This document shows, piece by piece, positions 43,830 through 56,670 of a DNA stretch of 64,000 nt. Source of the stretch: the human T2T-CHM13v2.0 reference genome, Homo sapiens. Every line of letters starts with the position of its first letter. Position 1 is the first letter of the stretch. The notes below the pieces were generated by a model. That model worked only from the letters and a program-made list of their open reading frames with translations. It did not search any database and was not told the DNA's origin. The position numbers and the translations under genes are program-made. Location of the stretch: assembly GCF_009914755.1 (NCBI RefSeq), contig NC_060927.1; one strand, 5' to 3'.

Positions 43830-46170
43830 AAGGACAAACCAAAAACTAACAAAATTGGTTACCTCAAGGATATGAATGGGAATGGGGTAGAAGGGTTGGG
43901 GAGCATGAGGCAATACTTCTCTGATTAGTTGGTTTGCTGTAATTTCATCTTTGGAGTCATGTTTGTGTTTTATAGAAATAAAAAATAAAATTAAAATATT
44001 TACAAGGATGAGAGAGGAAACCCTATAATGAATGCAAACAAAAAGAAATATATCTAACTGTATTCCAAATGAATAGCATCACTAAACTGAAGGTGAAAAT
44101 AAGAAGAACTCACCCAAGTAACTTTTTAAACACAGTATTTTGACTATATGCCTTCAGAGTAAGCTAAAAAAGAACCGTAAAGAAATACTGAACTATAGTT
44201 AGCAAAGTTTGTTTTTTTCCCCATAGTGGTACGTGTTAGCAATTCTAAAACTACTTTTTATGCATTGTAATTTTGAGATAAGTAAATATATTGAGAATGA
44301 GGAAGCTAAAATGAAATCTGTGGTGCTGGATTGAAATTGAAAGTTTCTTTTTATTATTGGCACAAACTCATGATATATAACATAGAGACAGACAGACAAA
44401 TAGAAATGTGTGTACATTTACATGTACATACATATATTTTCTAGCTCTGTCCACTGAGAGTCTAGAAGCCATGACAAAGTATTAATAGTAGCAGTGAGCA
44501 CACCAACTGCCCAGATCTTGGTTTCTAAATACCATTCTCTAATAAAAGTAACCAATGGTCCTTGGAAAATGGTTTGTTGCACAACAGGAGCTGGGAGAAT
44601 ACAAGATGACCCCTGAACATGTTGTGTCAGAAAGTGAAAGGATGCTCAAAATCTGATAGAGACATGATAAACAGACATGAGAGCTAACTTAAAGGAGCAT
44701 GATGGGCTAATTATGGTACAATTTGAGTACTAAATAAAATAATGACAATAATCAATTAGAACATGCTGAATTAAAAGATACAGTGATACCCCAAAATAGA
44801 AACATAAGAGAAAAAAAAGCCTCACGTTTTATAGAAAAACACTAGCTAATAGATTTAGAAAGAATAATAATAGTAGGGAAAATCATTTTACAACTCCAAT
44901 GTAATAATTGATTTAGGCAAGAATTATCAGTGGATGCTAACACCATTAGGTAAAAACTTTTGGGGAAACAACATATTCACATGGTCTCCAATTATCTCCT
45001 TTTTTTCCTGTAAGTGACTTCTCAATTGCAAAAGAGTAAGTTACCTCTTTAATGAGGGATGTCGAAAAATTACTTTCACTTAAGAAAGTTACCTATAGTA
45101 ACTAAGAGCAAATAGCATAAAGAGAAAGAATAAGATATACAGGTCAACTCTCTAATGTTCAAGATTATTACACATACCATTGCCTTTGCAATAACACAAG
45201 AAATAGAGTTATAAGATGTAAATATTTTTCTGAATAGGTTAAGCTATCTGTGGATGTCATTGTGCCTAGATATTCAAGAGAATCGAAGACAGAAGATAAA
45301 AGGTTGATAAATTTGAAAACACCAAAATTCCAATTTCTTGAATAAGTTGGATTATAACTCAAAGAATAAAACAAATATTTATAAAGCTATGCCAACACAA
45401 ATAAACAATTGAATGAATAAATAAATAGAGGAGAAGGGATAAAATGTCTTTACAAAAAAAAAAAAAATCAAATAAATGTAGATTTTTCTCCCCGATCCAG
45501 GAAGTGAAGCTCAATTTCCTTCTTCTTAAGTGTGGGCTACATTTAATGACTTGCTTCTGACATATAGAGAATGAAAAGGGGGAAAACAGTGACTTTAAGC
45601 AGAGAAATCTGGCAGACATTACCTTAACCAAGTGATCGAGGTTAACATCACCAGTTATCACATCGTATCTGAGGGTACATAATATCAACATGACTATAAG
45701 TCATCATGTGATGAGGAGACATCTTCACCTCTGTCATGATCTTCCCCCAAATCCGTAACATCAGTCTAATCATGAGAAAATATCAGACAAACCCAAATTG
45801 AGGAACATTCCACAAAACACCTGACAAGTACTGTTCAAAAGTGTCAAGGTCATGAAAACAAGGAAACACTAAAAATTGTCAGATTATAGGAGAAAAATGA
45901 AACATGATGACCATATGTAACATGGTATGCTAGATGAAATCTTGGAACAGAGAAAGTACATTAGTATGAAAACTGAAGAAATTCAAATAAAATCTGTAAA
46001 TTAGTTAATAGTATCATAAGAAATGTTAATTTCTTACTTTTGACAAATGTTTAATGATTGTATAATATGTTAACATTAGGAGAAGCTAGGTTAAGAGTAC
46101 ACAGGAAGTCTCTTGCTATCTTTGCAATTTTTCTCTAAATCTAAAATTATTTGAAGATAAAAGTTTTTTT
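43830..46170 (+). mobile_element. L1MC/L1MD-type 3' UTR (long, with degenerate interruptions)
   Basis: 'gcccagatcttggtttctaaataccattctc', 'ccttaaccaagtgatcgaggttaacatcacc' and terminal 'tttgcaatttttctctaaatctaaaatt'. Confidence 0.7.
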
Positions 46171-46344
46171 TAACAAGCTTGATAATGATAAAAATTACTT
46201 GGATAAAATGTTGTACTAGAAAACCCCACCACAAATATAATACAGTGACAGAATTGAAATATTTACAATATGCATTGTAATAATGTAATCACATAATGTA
46301 ATATCTAAAGTTATAACATTACATAATATTAACAATTATATGTA

Positions 46345-46900
46345 TGTAATCAAAATATATAAAGAGCTTCCACAAATCAATTAGAGAAAAGTAAACAATC
46401 TAGTATACTGGACAAAGTTTATAAACTTGGAAACAAACACAGAGAGAAGTATCCATGACCAATATTTCTATGAGAAGGTTTTGAAAAATCAGAAAAATGC
46501 AAATCAAAACAAAAAGATAACATCAGACTAGCAAATAATTGAAGGAATGCTAATAATGGAGATCTGGGGACATGGGAACTGAAATAGCCAGTGGATGTAA
46601 ATTAGTGCAACATTTTTAGAAGGTAATTGAAATATATATCAGGATATTAACTTGGAATATTCTATATTCAACAATTGAACAATTAGGAATACAGTCTAGA
46701 GGAATGCTCTCACTCTTGAATAGATGTACAGAATGCTAATTAAAAGTTTGGTTCAGAAAATTGCAAACAATCTAAATGTCCATAAAAGGGAAAATATTAT
46801 TCTGGAAATTGAAAACAATCTAAATGTCTATAAAAAGGAAAATTTAAAATAAGAACATGAGTATACGGAATACTACGCAACTCTTAAAAGTAGAGAAGAG
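46345..46900 (+). mobile_element. L1ME-type fragment with internal ~48-bp duplication
   Basis: Degenerate ORF2 end. 'aaattg.aaacaatctaaatgtc.ataaaa.ggaaaat' occurs twice. Confidence 0.6.
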
Positions 46901-47102
46901 ATGGTAGATTAGAAATATAGATAGATAGATACATACATACATATATAAAAGAGTTTCTGTTATCTTCTCTTTAACATAATTACTGTCCCTGTAATTTCAG
47001 AAATAAGCAAGGACAGTAAGTCAGACAAATACTTATTTTCTGACAATTTATTTGACCAAGATTTATATATCTTAGTACAGAAAACCTGTTTATTTTACAT
47101 AT

Positions 47103-47342
47103 ATTTTTTGAAACAGGGTCTTGCCCTGTCGCCCAGTCTAGAGTGCAGTGGCATAATAATAGCTTACTGCAGCCTCAACCTCTCAGGCTCAAGTGATCTC
47201 CCCATCTCAGCCTCCTGAGCAGCTGGGACTACAGGCATGTGCCACCATGCCCCCTAATTTTTGTATTTTTTGTAGAGATGGAGTTTCACCATGTTGCCAG
47301 GTATCAAACTTCTCAGCTCAAGCTCTCCATCCGCCCACCTCG
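47103..47342 (-). mobile_element. AluJ, lacking its 5' end
   Basis: 'atagcttactgcagcctcaacctctcaggctcaagtgatc' is AluJ-type. Confidence 0.85.
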
Positions 47343-47420
47343 AAAATCTACTCTTTATAAGTATCTGATCTGGTCCATGTTAACTCCAAGAAGAGTAGTG
47401 TCTTCTTGTCTTTGAGAATC

Positions 47421-47721
47421 TTTTTTTTTTTTTTTTTTCAAGACAGGGTCTCACTCCATCACCCAGGCCAGGCTGGAGTGTAGTGGCACAATCGTATGCA
47501 GCCTTGACCTGGATTTCTGGGCTCAAGTGATCCTCCTGCCTCGGCCTCCTGAATAGCTAGGACTAGAGCTGCATGCCACCATGCCCAGCTAATTTTTAAA
47601 TTTTTTGTACAGAGGCTGTCTATATTGTCTAGGCTGGTCTTGAACTCCTAGCCTCAAGCAATTCTCCTGCCTTGACCTCCCAAAGCGCTGGGATTACAGG
47701 CGTGAGCCATCGCACTTAGCC
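47421..47721 (-). mobile_element. AluJ SINE
   Basis: Poly(T) followed by the antisense dimer with 'gggctcaagtgatcctcctgcc'. Confidence 0.88.
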
Positions 47722-48309
47722 ATCTTTAACAACCTTCAAATAGAAAAAATATATATCATTATTATTTTGACCTTGGATGAAATCAAGATACTCTGCATTC
47801 TGAGTAAATAGTGCTGAAAGAAAGCTAATGTTTCTGTGTGCTTGAAGTTGTGTCGGTGCATACTCATTGTTTTGCTTGTGTGTGTCTCTGTGTGTGCACC
47901 TAACGGTTTTTTTGTGTGTGATAATGTGTGACTGTGTGCATGTTTTAAAAATGGTCTGGTACGCATCAGTCCAAGAATTGTACAAATCCCCTGCTTCCTT
48001 CTCTTATTGGTTCCCTGTCTCCATTCATGACAGTTGTATTGGCATATGAATATATTCGTTCTGGTCAAATGATTCTGGATGAATGGCAACATTAATTTTT
48101 TTTAGCAGATATGTGTCAAACTCTATTGGTGTAAAGGAGGAAGGATGTTTTCACACCATATCTACAGCCACTATCCAGGCCAGTCTCACTTTAAAATATT
48201 CTGTTCTCCCTACAAATCAGAAAAACAATCTTTGCCATATCATGTATCTCAGAAATGCAAAGAACATGGCCATTAAAACCATACCAGAAAATACTGTTTG
48301 GCAATAAAA

Positions 48310-48650
48310 TGGACCCAAATTCTGATATTTGCTGCCACATGAATCAACCCCAAAAACATTACATTCAATAAAAGCAGCTAAATGTAAAAGACCACATAGT
48401 CTGTGACTCCATTTACATGAAATGTCCAGAAATGAAAAACCTATACAGAAGGAAAATAGATTAATGGTTGCTTGAGGATGGGGTTTGGGAACTGAAATTA
48501 TTTGCAAAATGGCAGGATATGCATTTTGGGATGATAATATTCTCAGAGTGAATTGTGGTGATGTTTGAACAACTCTGTAAAAATCACTAAACACTTGAAA
48601 TTGGTGTATATTATGGTATATCAATTATTTCTCAATAAAGCTATTAAAAA
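48310..48650 (+). mobile_element. L1M 3' end
   Basis: 'gactccatttacatgaaatgtccaga...ttatggtatatcaattatttctcaataaagct'. Confidence 0.75.
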
Positions 48651-49371
48651 TATCGCGACAATCTTGTCAAGACAGAACTGTAAATCTCTGCAACACTTAC
48701 ACTGCTGGGGCCTATGTGATACTCATTGCCTCACTATGGCTACAGAAAACCCAGGATCAAGGGTCCAATGTTGACAATAAGAAATCCTGATGGCAAAAGA
48801 ATTTAGGTGCCTTCCAGCTACCGTGGCTGAGATACTCCCATTACAGCATCAAACGACTAGAACAACTTGGAAGGCACCTTGCCTAAAATATCTACCATCT
48901 GGTTGCTGGCCCCTCTCAAAACTCACCTGCCAACAATCTACTGTTAGACAGCATGATCTCTTCATGATTCTCTGCTATACACCTAGGATGTCTTCATCTA
49001 GAGTTTTGTAACCTTTAGGTCATCAGCAAAATCCAGTGATATAACAGTCACATAATGAATAAAAGAAAAGCCACCCAGTAAGAGGTGGTCATTCCTTCCC
49101 CCACACACCTGTTAGCGCACCAGAAATGACTACACAGGGAGATAAGCCATTATAGAGTTTTATCCCAAATGTTGGAGGTTCAGAAGTTTCTCTCACTTGG
49201 TTAAGCTTAGGATAAGGAAGACTCTCTAGCAGAAAGGACAATGAGAGTCTTGAAGGGAATCTTCATGTGCTGAGGCTGTAAGAAATCTTCAGGTAGCTGG
49301 TGCATGAGATATAAGTTGAGAGCCAAGAAAGAGTCCAGGAAGGGATAATGAGAAGGGTGTTTGAGTTCTTC

Positions 49372-50144
49372 TGTGTCCAGAATTGGTGGGTTCTTGGTCT
49401 CACTTCAGGAATGAAGCCGGGGACCCTCGCCGTGAGTGTTACAGTTCTTAAAGTTAGTGTGTCCACAGTTTGTTCCTTCTGATGTTCCGACGTGTTCGGA
49501 GTTTCTTCCTTCTGGTGGGTTTGTGGTCTTGCTGGCTTCAAGAGTGAAGCTGCAGACCTTCGCGGTGGCTGTTACAACTCATAAAGGCAGTGCAAACCCA
49601 AAGAACTAGCACCAGCAAGATTTATTACAAAGATCAAAAAAACAAAACTTCCACACCGCAGAACCGTACCAGAGCAAAGTGTTCTGCTGACTTGGGCAGT
49701 CTGCTTCTATTCCCTTATCTGACCCCACCCACATCCTGCTGATTGGTCTATTTTATGGAGAGCTGATTGGTCCGCTTTACAGAGAGCTGATTGGTCCGTT
49801 TTGACAGGGTGCTGATTGGTGCATTTACAATCCTTTAACTAGACATAAAAGTTCTCCAAGTCCCCACTAGATGAGCTAGACACAGAGCACTGATTGGTGC
49901 ATTTACAAACCTTGAGCTAGACACACAGTGCTGATTGGTGCATTTACAATCCTTTAGACATAAAAGTTCTCCCAAGTCCCCACCAGATTAGCTAGATACA
50001 GAGTGCTGATTGGTGCATCCACGAACCCCGAGCTAGACACAGAGTGCTGATTGGTGCATATACAATCCTCCGGCTAGACATAAAAGTTCTCCAAGTCCCC
50101 ACCGGACTCAGGAGCCGAGCGGGCTTCTGCTAGTGGATCCCGCA
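49372..50144 (-). mobile_element. LTR12 (ERV9; C/D/E-type) 3' part: CCAAT repeats, R and U5
   Basis: Starts tgtgtccagaattggtgggttcttggtctc (antisense LTR12 3' end) and ends abruptly at ...gtggatcccgca. Confidence 0.93.
49738..50060 (-). promoter_or_regulatory. Array of eight CCAAT boxes in LTR12 U3 (NF-Y-type promoter/enhancer), facing left
   Basis: Eight 'ctgattgg' motifs counted between 49739 and 50054. LTR12 U3 CCAAT repeats are established NF-Y sites, but activity of this copy is unknown. Confidence 0.6.
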
Positions 50145-50758
<614 letters not shown>

Positions 50759-50963
50759 GGACAAATGCTGGCTTGGTGCATGGCTTGGAGCAGTGGTGCA
50801 CCTTGCATTGTCATCCACGCCCATGGAAACTGCGAAGATGGAGTTCTAATAGAACACAGGTAGTTATTGGCTCAACAGAGCACTTACACTCCTTACAGAG
50901 ATGATTTTGTTATGTACCAGGCATGAAACCTGAGGGTGACTGTGGGTGATGGAGAAGTGGAAG

Positions 50964-51545
50964 TGAGAGGTGACAACGTGCTGGCAGCCCTCGCTCACTC
51001 TCAGCGCCTTGTCTGCCTCGGCGTCCGGTCTGGCCATGCTTGAGGAGCCCTTCAGCCCTCCACTGCGCTGTGGGGGCCCCTCTCTGGGCTGGCCGAGGCC
51101 GGAGCCGGCTCCCTCTGCTTGCAGGGAGGTGTGGAGGGAGAGGCCGCAGGCGGGAACTGGGGCTGCGCGCAGCGATGGCAGGCCAGCGCGTGTTCCGAGT
51201 GGGAGTGGGCTCAGCGGCACTCGGAGCAGCTGGCCAGCGTGGCTGGGCCCTGGCAGTGAGGGGCTTAGCACCCGGGCCAGCAGCTGCGGAGGGGGCGCCG
51301 GGTACCCCAGCACTGCCGGCCTGCCTGCCCCACGCTCGAATTCTCGCAGCGCCTCAGCCGCCTCCCCGCCGGGCAGGGCTAGGGACCTGCAGCCCGCCTT
51401 GCCTGAGTCCACCCGCGGTGGGCTCCCAGCGGCCAAGCCTCCCTGACGAGAGCCGCCCCTGCTCCGCAGCACCAGGTCCCATTGACCACCCAAGGACTGA
51501 GGAGTGCAGGCGCTCGGCACAGGACTGGCAGGCAGCTCCATCTGC
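50964..51545 (+). mobile_element. LTR12 5' part (GC/CpG-rich U3), inverted relative to its 3' part
   Basis: Starts tgagaggtgacaacgtgctggcagccctcg (LTR12C-type 5' end) and ends abruptly at ...ggcagctccatctgc. Confidence 0.93.
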
Positions 51546-51564
51546 TATCTCAAGGGAAAAAAAA

Positions 51565-51847
51565 TTAAATAGCCAAATCCCCAAACAAGTTAATTTTAGC
51601 TAGGATTAAGGAGGTCCTCTCTGCTTTAATCTTTACAAGGAAAGCAACTGAAAAGAACAATCCACATTCTGTTCTCTGTTTCTGCTTTCCCCAGCCCTTA
51701 TTCTTTCTATAAAGCCAACCTCCTCTGCTTAGCTCTATGGAACACTCATTCTATTTTAAAGAATGAGGTGTTGTCCGATTATAAATCACAAAAGCTAATT
51801 AAGATGTTTAAGTAAATTTGATATAATTTTTTTTTTGTCTTTTGACA
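51565..51847 (+). mobile_element. MER72/LTR47-like ERV1 LTR, 3' half
   Basis: 'agccaaatccccaaaca...ctcattctatttt...tgtcttttgaca' is the reverse complement of 32789-33063. Confidence 0.85.
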
Positions 51848-52984
51848 GCCCTTCCTCTGACGTGCACAGGATATGAAAATGTCTGATAGTGTTGTGGCTG
51901 CAGTGAGACCTGGGAGTGGCAGTTTCTTTCACTGCAGTTGTCTGTCCAAAGCGAAGTGAACTAGCAAGTCTCTTACAAAAGGGCAAGCTCTGAACTGCGC
52001 ACAGTGTGAGCACAGACACAGTGGGGCTAATCTACAGGGGCAGTGTTAGCAGCAATGGGTTGTCCAAGATTTCTGAGAGGATTAGCACCTAGAAAATAAT
52101 CTTATTTTGCTTTGTGGTGTCAGACAAAGGAACTGAATGAGAAAATTATTGAAGGGCATATTGTAGCTGATATGCAGATCCAAGGCTGACTTTCTTCCTC
52201 TCCCTTGAATCCACTTATCACAAAAATATGGAATGAGCAGAACTTATGGGCATAACCATAAACCAATTTTCCTTTGTTTCCTACTGTCTCTTTAAAGTTT
52301 TCTCAGTGGGAGAAATCTTCTGTGTCCTTGGATGAAGACTTACTCAGTAAATTACTTTATGATCACTGATAGGTAATAAAAGATCCTATGGTCATTTAAA
52401 AATAAACCATAGAATTTTAATTCAGAAATTATTATCCTAGTTCCATATAATAATCTAGACTCCAAACTTGATTTAAAGGTAAATTTTCTCTACCTTCCTA
52501 AGTTAGAGCTTCCTGCAGTCTTTCCCTTCTATCTCTCCTCCTGCCTACTAACCTGTTTTCTGACCTGTTACATTTTATTTGCCCTGATAAATTGGGTGAA
52601 CAGGGTGATTACTAAGCAGCTGCTTCAACTTGTCAGAGGACAGTTGACCAGCCTGGGTCTCACCCTTTGTATTCCCTGTCATACCTCAATCCACTTTGTT
52701 TCTCCCATTGTAGATGGTACTTATGCTATTGGAGTCCCCCTGACGTTCTCTCTCTTGACTTGAGATGAAGGGAATACACCTTATACATTGCACCTCTACT
52801 TCCATCCCACTAGCAGCTTTCTACAAATAAGTCTTGTCTAAATAAGTTTCCTCTGATGCCCCACAACCCAATTCTTTTTTATTCTCAAGGTCAATGAGGG
52901 GTATAGTGAAACCTGACACATAACTGGTTTTTGGTTATTTTCTTGGAAAATTTTTCATTTTTGTTTAACACCTCACTTGAGTAC

Positions 52985-53143
52985 CTGGCTAATCAAAATG
53001 TGGGCCCGGGATGGGCAGCATTGGCATCACCTGGGAGCTTGTTAGAAAAGCTCAGGCCCCAGCCCAGACCTACAAAATCAAAATCTGCATTTTAGGGAGC
53101 TCTCCAGGTGATTCGCATGCACATTACATTTTGAGAAGCCCTG
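52985..53143. mobile_element. MER5A MITE
   Basis: 'gcagcattggcatcacctgggagcttgttagaaa...aatctgcatttt...tttgagaagccctg'. Confidence 0.8.
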
Positions 53144-53594
53144 CTTTTGAAGTCCTTTCAACTGTTTCTTGGTGTCTCAATCTTCCTATTTACTTTCCTG
53201 TTACACATTTAGAGTCCAATGTCCTAATGTAGCTTTGTGGGTTCTATTTTCAGAAAGGAGGAGTGCCAGTGTCTGTCCTTTGCAATTGCAGATCTCAAAC
53301 TATTTATAAACCTATTAATAACTTAAATGTCTTTTTACTGAATTCAAATGTTCTATTGTCACATCAAATTCAGTATATCCTACATCAAATCCAGCATTTT
53401 CCCCCAAATCCAACACCTATTCTAACTCCTTTTACCCATTCTTTGATATCTAATAATGGACAGTCTTCTCCAAGACTATTTCCTTGACCACTGAAGCACA
53501 GGGTGATCACTCAACTCTTGTACCGTGCCAGCCTTTAGCACTTATGACAGCCTCTTTTTTATTTATGTTTATACTGGCTTGAACTAACATTTAA

Positions 53595-54780
53595 TTTTTC
53601 ATTCATTCAGCATTTCTTGGGCACTTTCTATGTTCCAACCAATGTTTAAACAGCTGTTAAAGAACAAAACAAATTAGTCTTCTGTCCTCTTGAAAGTTAC
53701 ATTTTCAGGGGGAGAAAGATACAAAAAATAGATAAATATGTAATTTCATACCACAATGACGGCTTTCAAATTGATAATGTCAGGCTCAACCTCTCCTTTT
53801 AATTGTAATTCATGTAACCAGTGTCTGCTCAATATCTTTACTTAAATATCTAGTATGCACCTCAAACTTACTGTATCCAAAACCGAATTCTTGATTTTCA
53901 CTTCAACACCCTCTTTTCCTAATGCTCTCCATCTCAATGTACAACATCACCATCTCCACAAAAATCCTCTTTCTTTCATACCCCACTTTTAATCCATCAG
54001 AAAATCCCTATAATTCTACTTTCAAAACATACCCAAATTATTGCTACTTCTCTCCACTTCCTCTGCAACAGCTCTGTGGAGGTCTCCAATGTCTCCTCTG
54101 GACTGCTATACCAGCCACCTGACAGCCATCCTGCCTCCCTCATCCCTCTACTACAGTACGTACTCTACCAGTACTCTGAGCCATCTTTCACAGAGTTAGT
54201 TTGAGCATTCCCTAGCTCAAAACTCTCCCATTGCTTCCTGTTGCACTGAGAATTAAATCTAAAGACTTCACAGAGTCCCTCAAGGCCCTACAGACTCTTG
54301 GTCCCCATGCTGCCCCTCTGACTCACCTCCTCCCTACCACTCTTGCCTTCCTTTCTCATCCCCGTCACTTTGGCCCACTTGATGTTCTTTGAACACACAC
54401 ATCTGGCTATCTCCCCAAGTCTTTGCAATTGCTTAAACCACTCTTCCCAGATACCCAGAAGACTTGCTTTCTCATTTTCTTAAATTATCTCTGTATTCAA
54501 ATATCACCCCCTCAAGAGGTCTATCCTGACTTTCTCTCTCACCTTCTCCTTTTCTTTATGATATTTAGCCATAATTCGCCCCCCATACACATGCATTTGT
54601 TTATTCATCTGTTGGTTTATTGTCTGTCTCCTCACTAAAATGTAATTACTCCAAAATGTAATTTCCACAATAGCAATAAATTTATCTTTTTATTTTAACT
54701 ACTGCCTGCCCAGCACCCAGAACAGTCGTTGAAAAGAGCAGACATTCAATAAATATTTGCTGAGTAAATGAACATTAACT
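53595..54780. mobile_element. L2 fragments: short - strand 3' end (53595-53750) and long + strand L2a (53760-54780)
   Basis: 'cattcattcagcattt' start. '...ctcaaaactctcccattgcttcc...caaggccctaca' and terminal 'ttcaataaatatttgctgagtaaatgaa'. Confidence 0.78.
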
Positions 54781-55259
54781 AAATTACCTAAGTTTGCAAA
54801 TTATTACTTTAATTATAGACCAAATTGATTGCTCTTATAATAATGTCACTGTCACTAACTCACTTTTTAATATGCTTCCTCAAATAGAATTACGGCTGGG
54901 AACTTAATATCACAAGGGTATCAGAGCAGAGCGGTGTCATGCATGTGAATATCTTCCATCATTTGTGTGGCAACAGAAGTCAAGTTTGACAGCAGTTTCT
55001 CTAAAACACAATTTCTAGTTTCACTATGTAGATATGTTTTTCCGGAGGTACTGGTGACAAGGCAGGGACCACGTCCTCAAGAAGCTGTCCTAGGACCTCC
55101 GAGAAAGAGCTGGGAAGCTGCTGCTTCCTACATTCACTGAGGAATGCATACCGCTGGCTCCTCTCCTGCAGCTGGGTCATTATACAGAAATCTGGAGCAG
55201 GGGCTTTGGCTCAGATCACATCCCTCAATGTTTGATGGTAATGTCCTCTCTATCTGGCA

Positions 55260-55435
55260 CTAGTTGTTAATCATGACTGCACTTCAGACTCACATGGAAG
55301 CTTTTAAGAAATAGCAGTGTCCAGCCACATCCCCAGGGACTCTAATTTAATTGCTCTGAATGAGCCTAGGCCTTTCTGTTTCTTAAAAAGCTCTCCTGGT
55401 TATTTTAATATGCAGTCAGGGAGCAAACCACTGGT
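55260..55435. mobile_element. MER5-type MITE
   Basis: 'ctgcacttcagactcacatggaagctttt...ccccagggactctaatttaattg...aaccactg'. Confidence 0.65.
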
Positions 55436-55889
55436 CTATAAGCAGGGTAGAGCACACATTCTGGGCAGTCTAATACTAGGCACTTGGGAATGAGACCTGG
55501 GCACTGGGGCTGGTCTCAGCCTTTGAAGAACACACAGCCCTATGGAGGGCTTCACAGCTGTGTGCTCATGTCCAAATTATAACACTTTGGGGTTTACAGC
55601 TCTAGAGATGGGAAAAATTTAGGGAGATTTAAGAAAAAAATGTATGAAAAGATTTGAAGAGTTTAAAATATAAAATATATGAGGCAAAAGTCAAAAGTTA
55701 GATTTATTTAACCTGAAGATGTAGAGTTAAGTAATTTTCTGACCGTTTATAAGTGTATGCACATCTCCCACATTAAGAAAAACCTGGCACACAAAAATCC
55801 AAATGTGTGTAATAGAGACACAAAAGACAATATTTACACCTGCACTACACAAACACAAATACATACACATATAGAGTAATTACAGGCAG

Positions 55890-56115
55890 AGATTTGTGTT
55901 GTGTTTGCCATAGGCTGGATGCTGCTCTGATCTCTGGGTAAAGCTCATTTAACCCTTATAACAACCCTACAAAATAGATACGAGTATTATTCTGATTTTA
56001 GAGTAAGGAATCGGAGGCTCTCAATGGTTAAGTAACTTGCTTTTGTTACTGTTTGGGTCTGGGATTTAAACTTAAGCAGACTGGCTGCAGAGTTCCTGTG
56101 CTCTTAACTATCATT
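55890..56115 (-). mobile_element. MIR
   Basis: 'ctcatttaacccttataacaaccct...aaggaatcggaggctc..ggttaagtaacttgc'. Confidence 0.75.
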
Positions 56116-56143
56116 TGGTACTGTATGTATGTATATACACATG

Positions 56144-56670
56144 TGTATTTGTCAGAGTTCTCCAGAGAAATGGGCTAATATATACTAAGATATTTATTGT
56201 AAGAAATTGGCCCACGAGATTGTGAAGGCTGACAAGTCCCAAGATCTGTAGGTTGAATCAGCAAGCTGGAGACCCAGAAGAGTCAATGGTTTAGCTCCAG
56301 TCCAAGTCCAAAGGCCTGAGAACCAAGAGACCAGATGGTACACTGGACCAGCAGGCTTAAGGCCCAGGAAGAGCTGATATTTCAGTCAAAGTCCTAAGGC
56401 AGGAAAAAAAGCTGATGTCCTAGTGTGAAGGCTATCAGGCAGGAAAAATTCTCTTACTCAGGGGAGGATCAGCCCTTTTGTTTTATTTGGGCCTGCAACT
56501 GATTGGATGAGGCCCACCCACATTAGGGAGAGCACTCTGGTTTACTCAGTCTACCAATTCAAATGTTAATTTTACCCAAAAATACCCTCAAAGAAACAAC
56601 CAGAACAATGTTTGGCCAAATGTCTGGGCATCGTGTGGCCCAGTCAAGTTGACACATAAAATTAATCATA
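56144..56670 (-). mobile_element. MLT2B/C-type ERVL LTR
   Basis: 'gtcagagttctccagagaaa...caactgattggatgaggcccacccacatt...ggcccagtcaagttgacacataaaattaa'. Confidence 0.85.

Noticed and set aside
49738-50100. Regularly spaced repeats superficially like a CRISPR array
   Set aside because: These are LTR12 U3 CCAAT tandem repeats. The spacers are themselves repetitive and the DNA is primate.
50864-51603. Long overlapping ORFs (225, 187, 158 and 76 aa) in a CpG-rich patch
   Set aside because: They lie within the GC-rich LTR12 U3, where stop codons are rare. The products are low-complexity with no recognisable domain.
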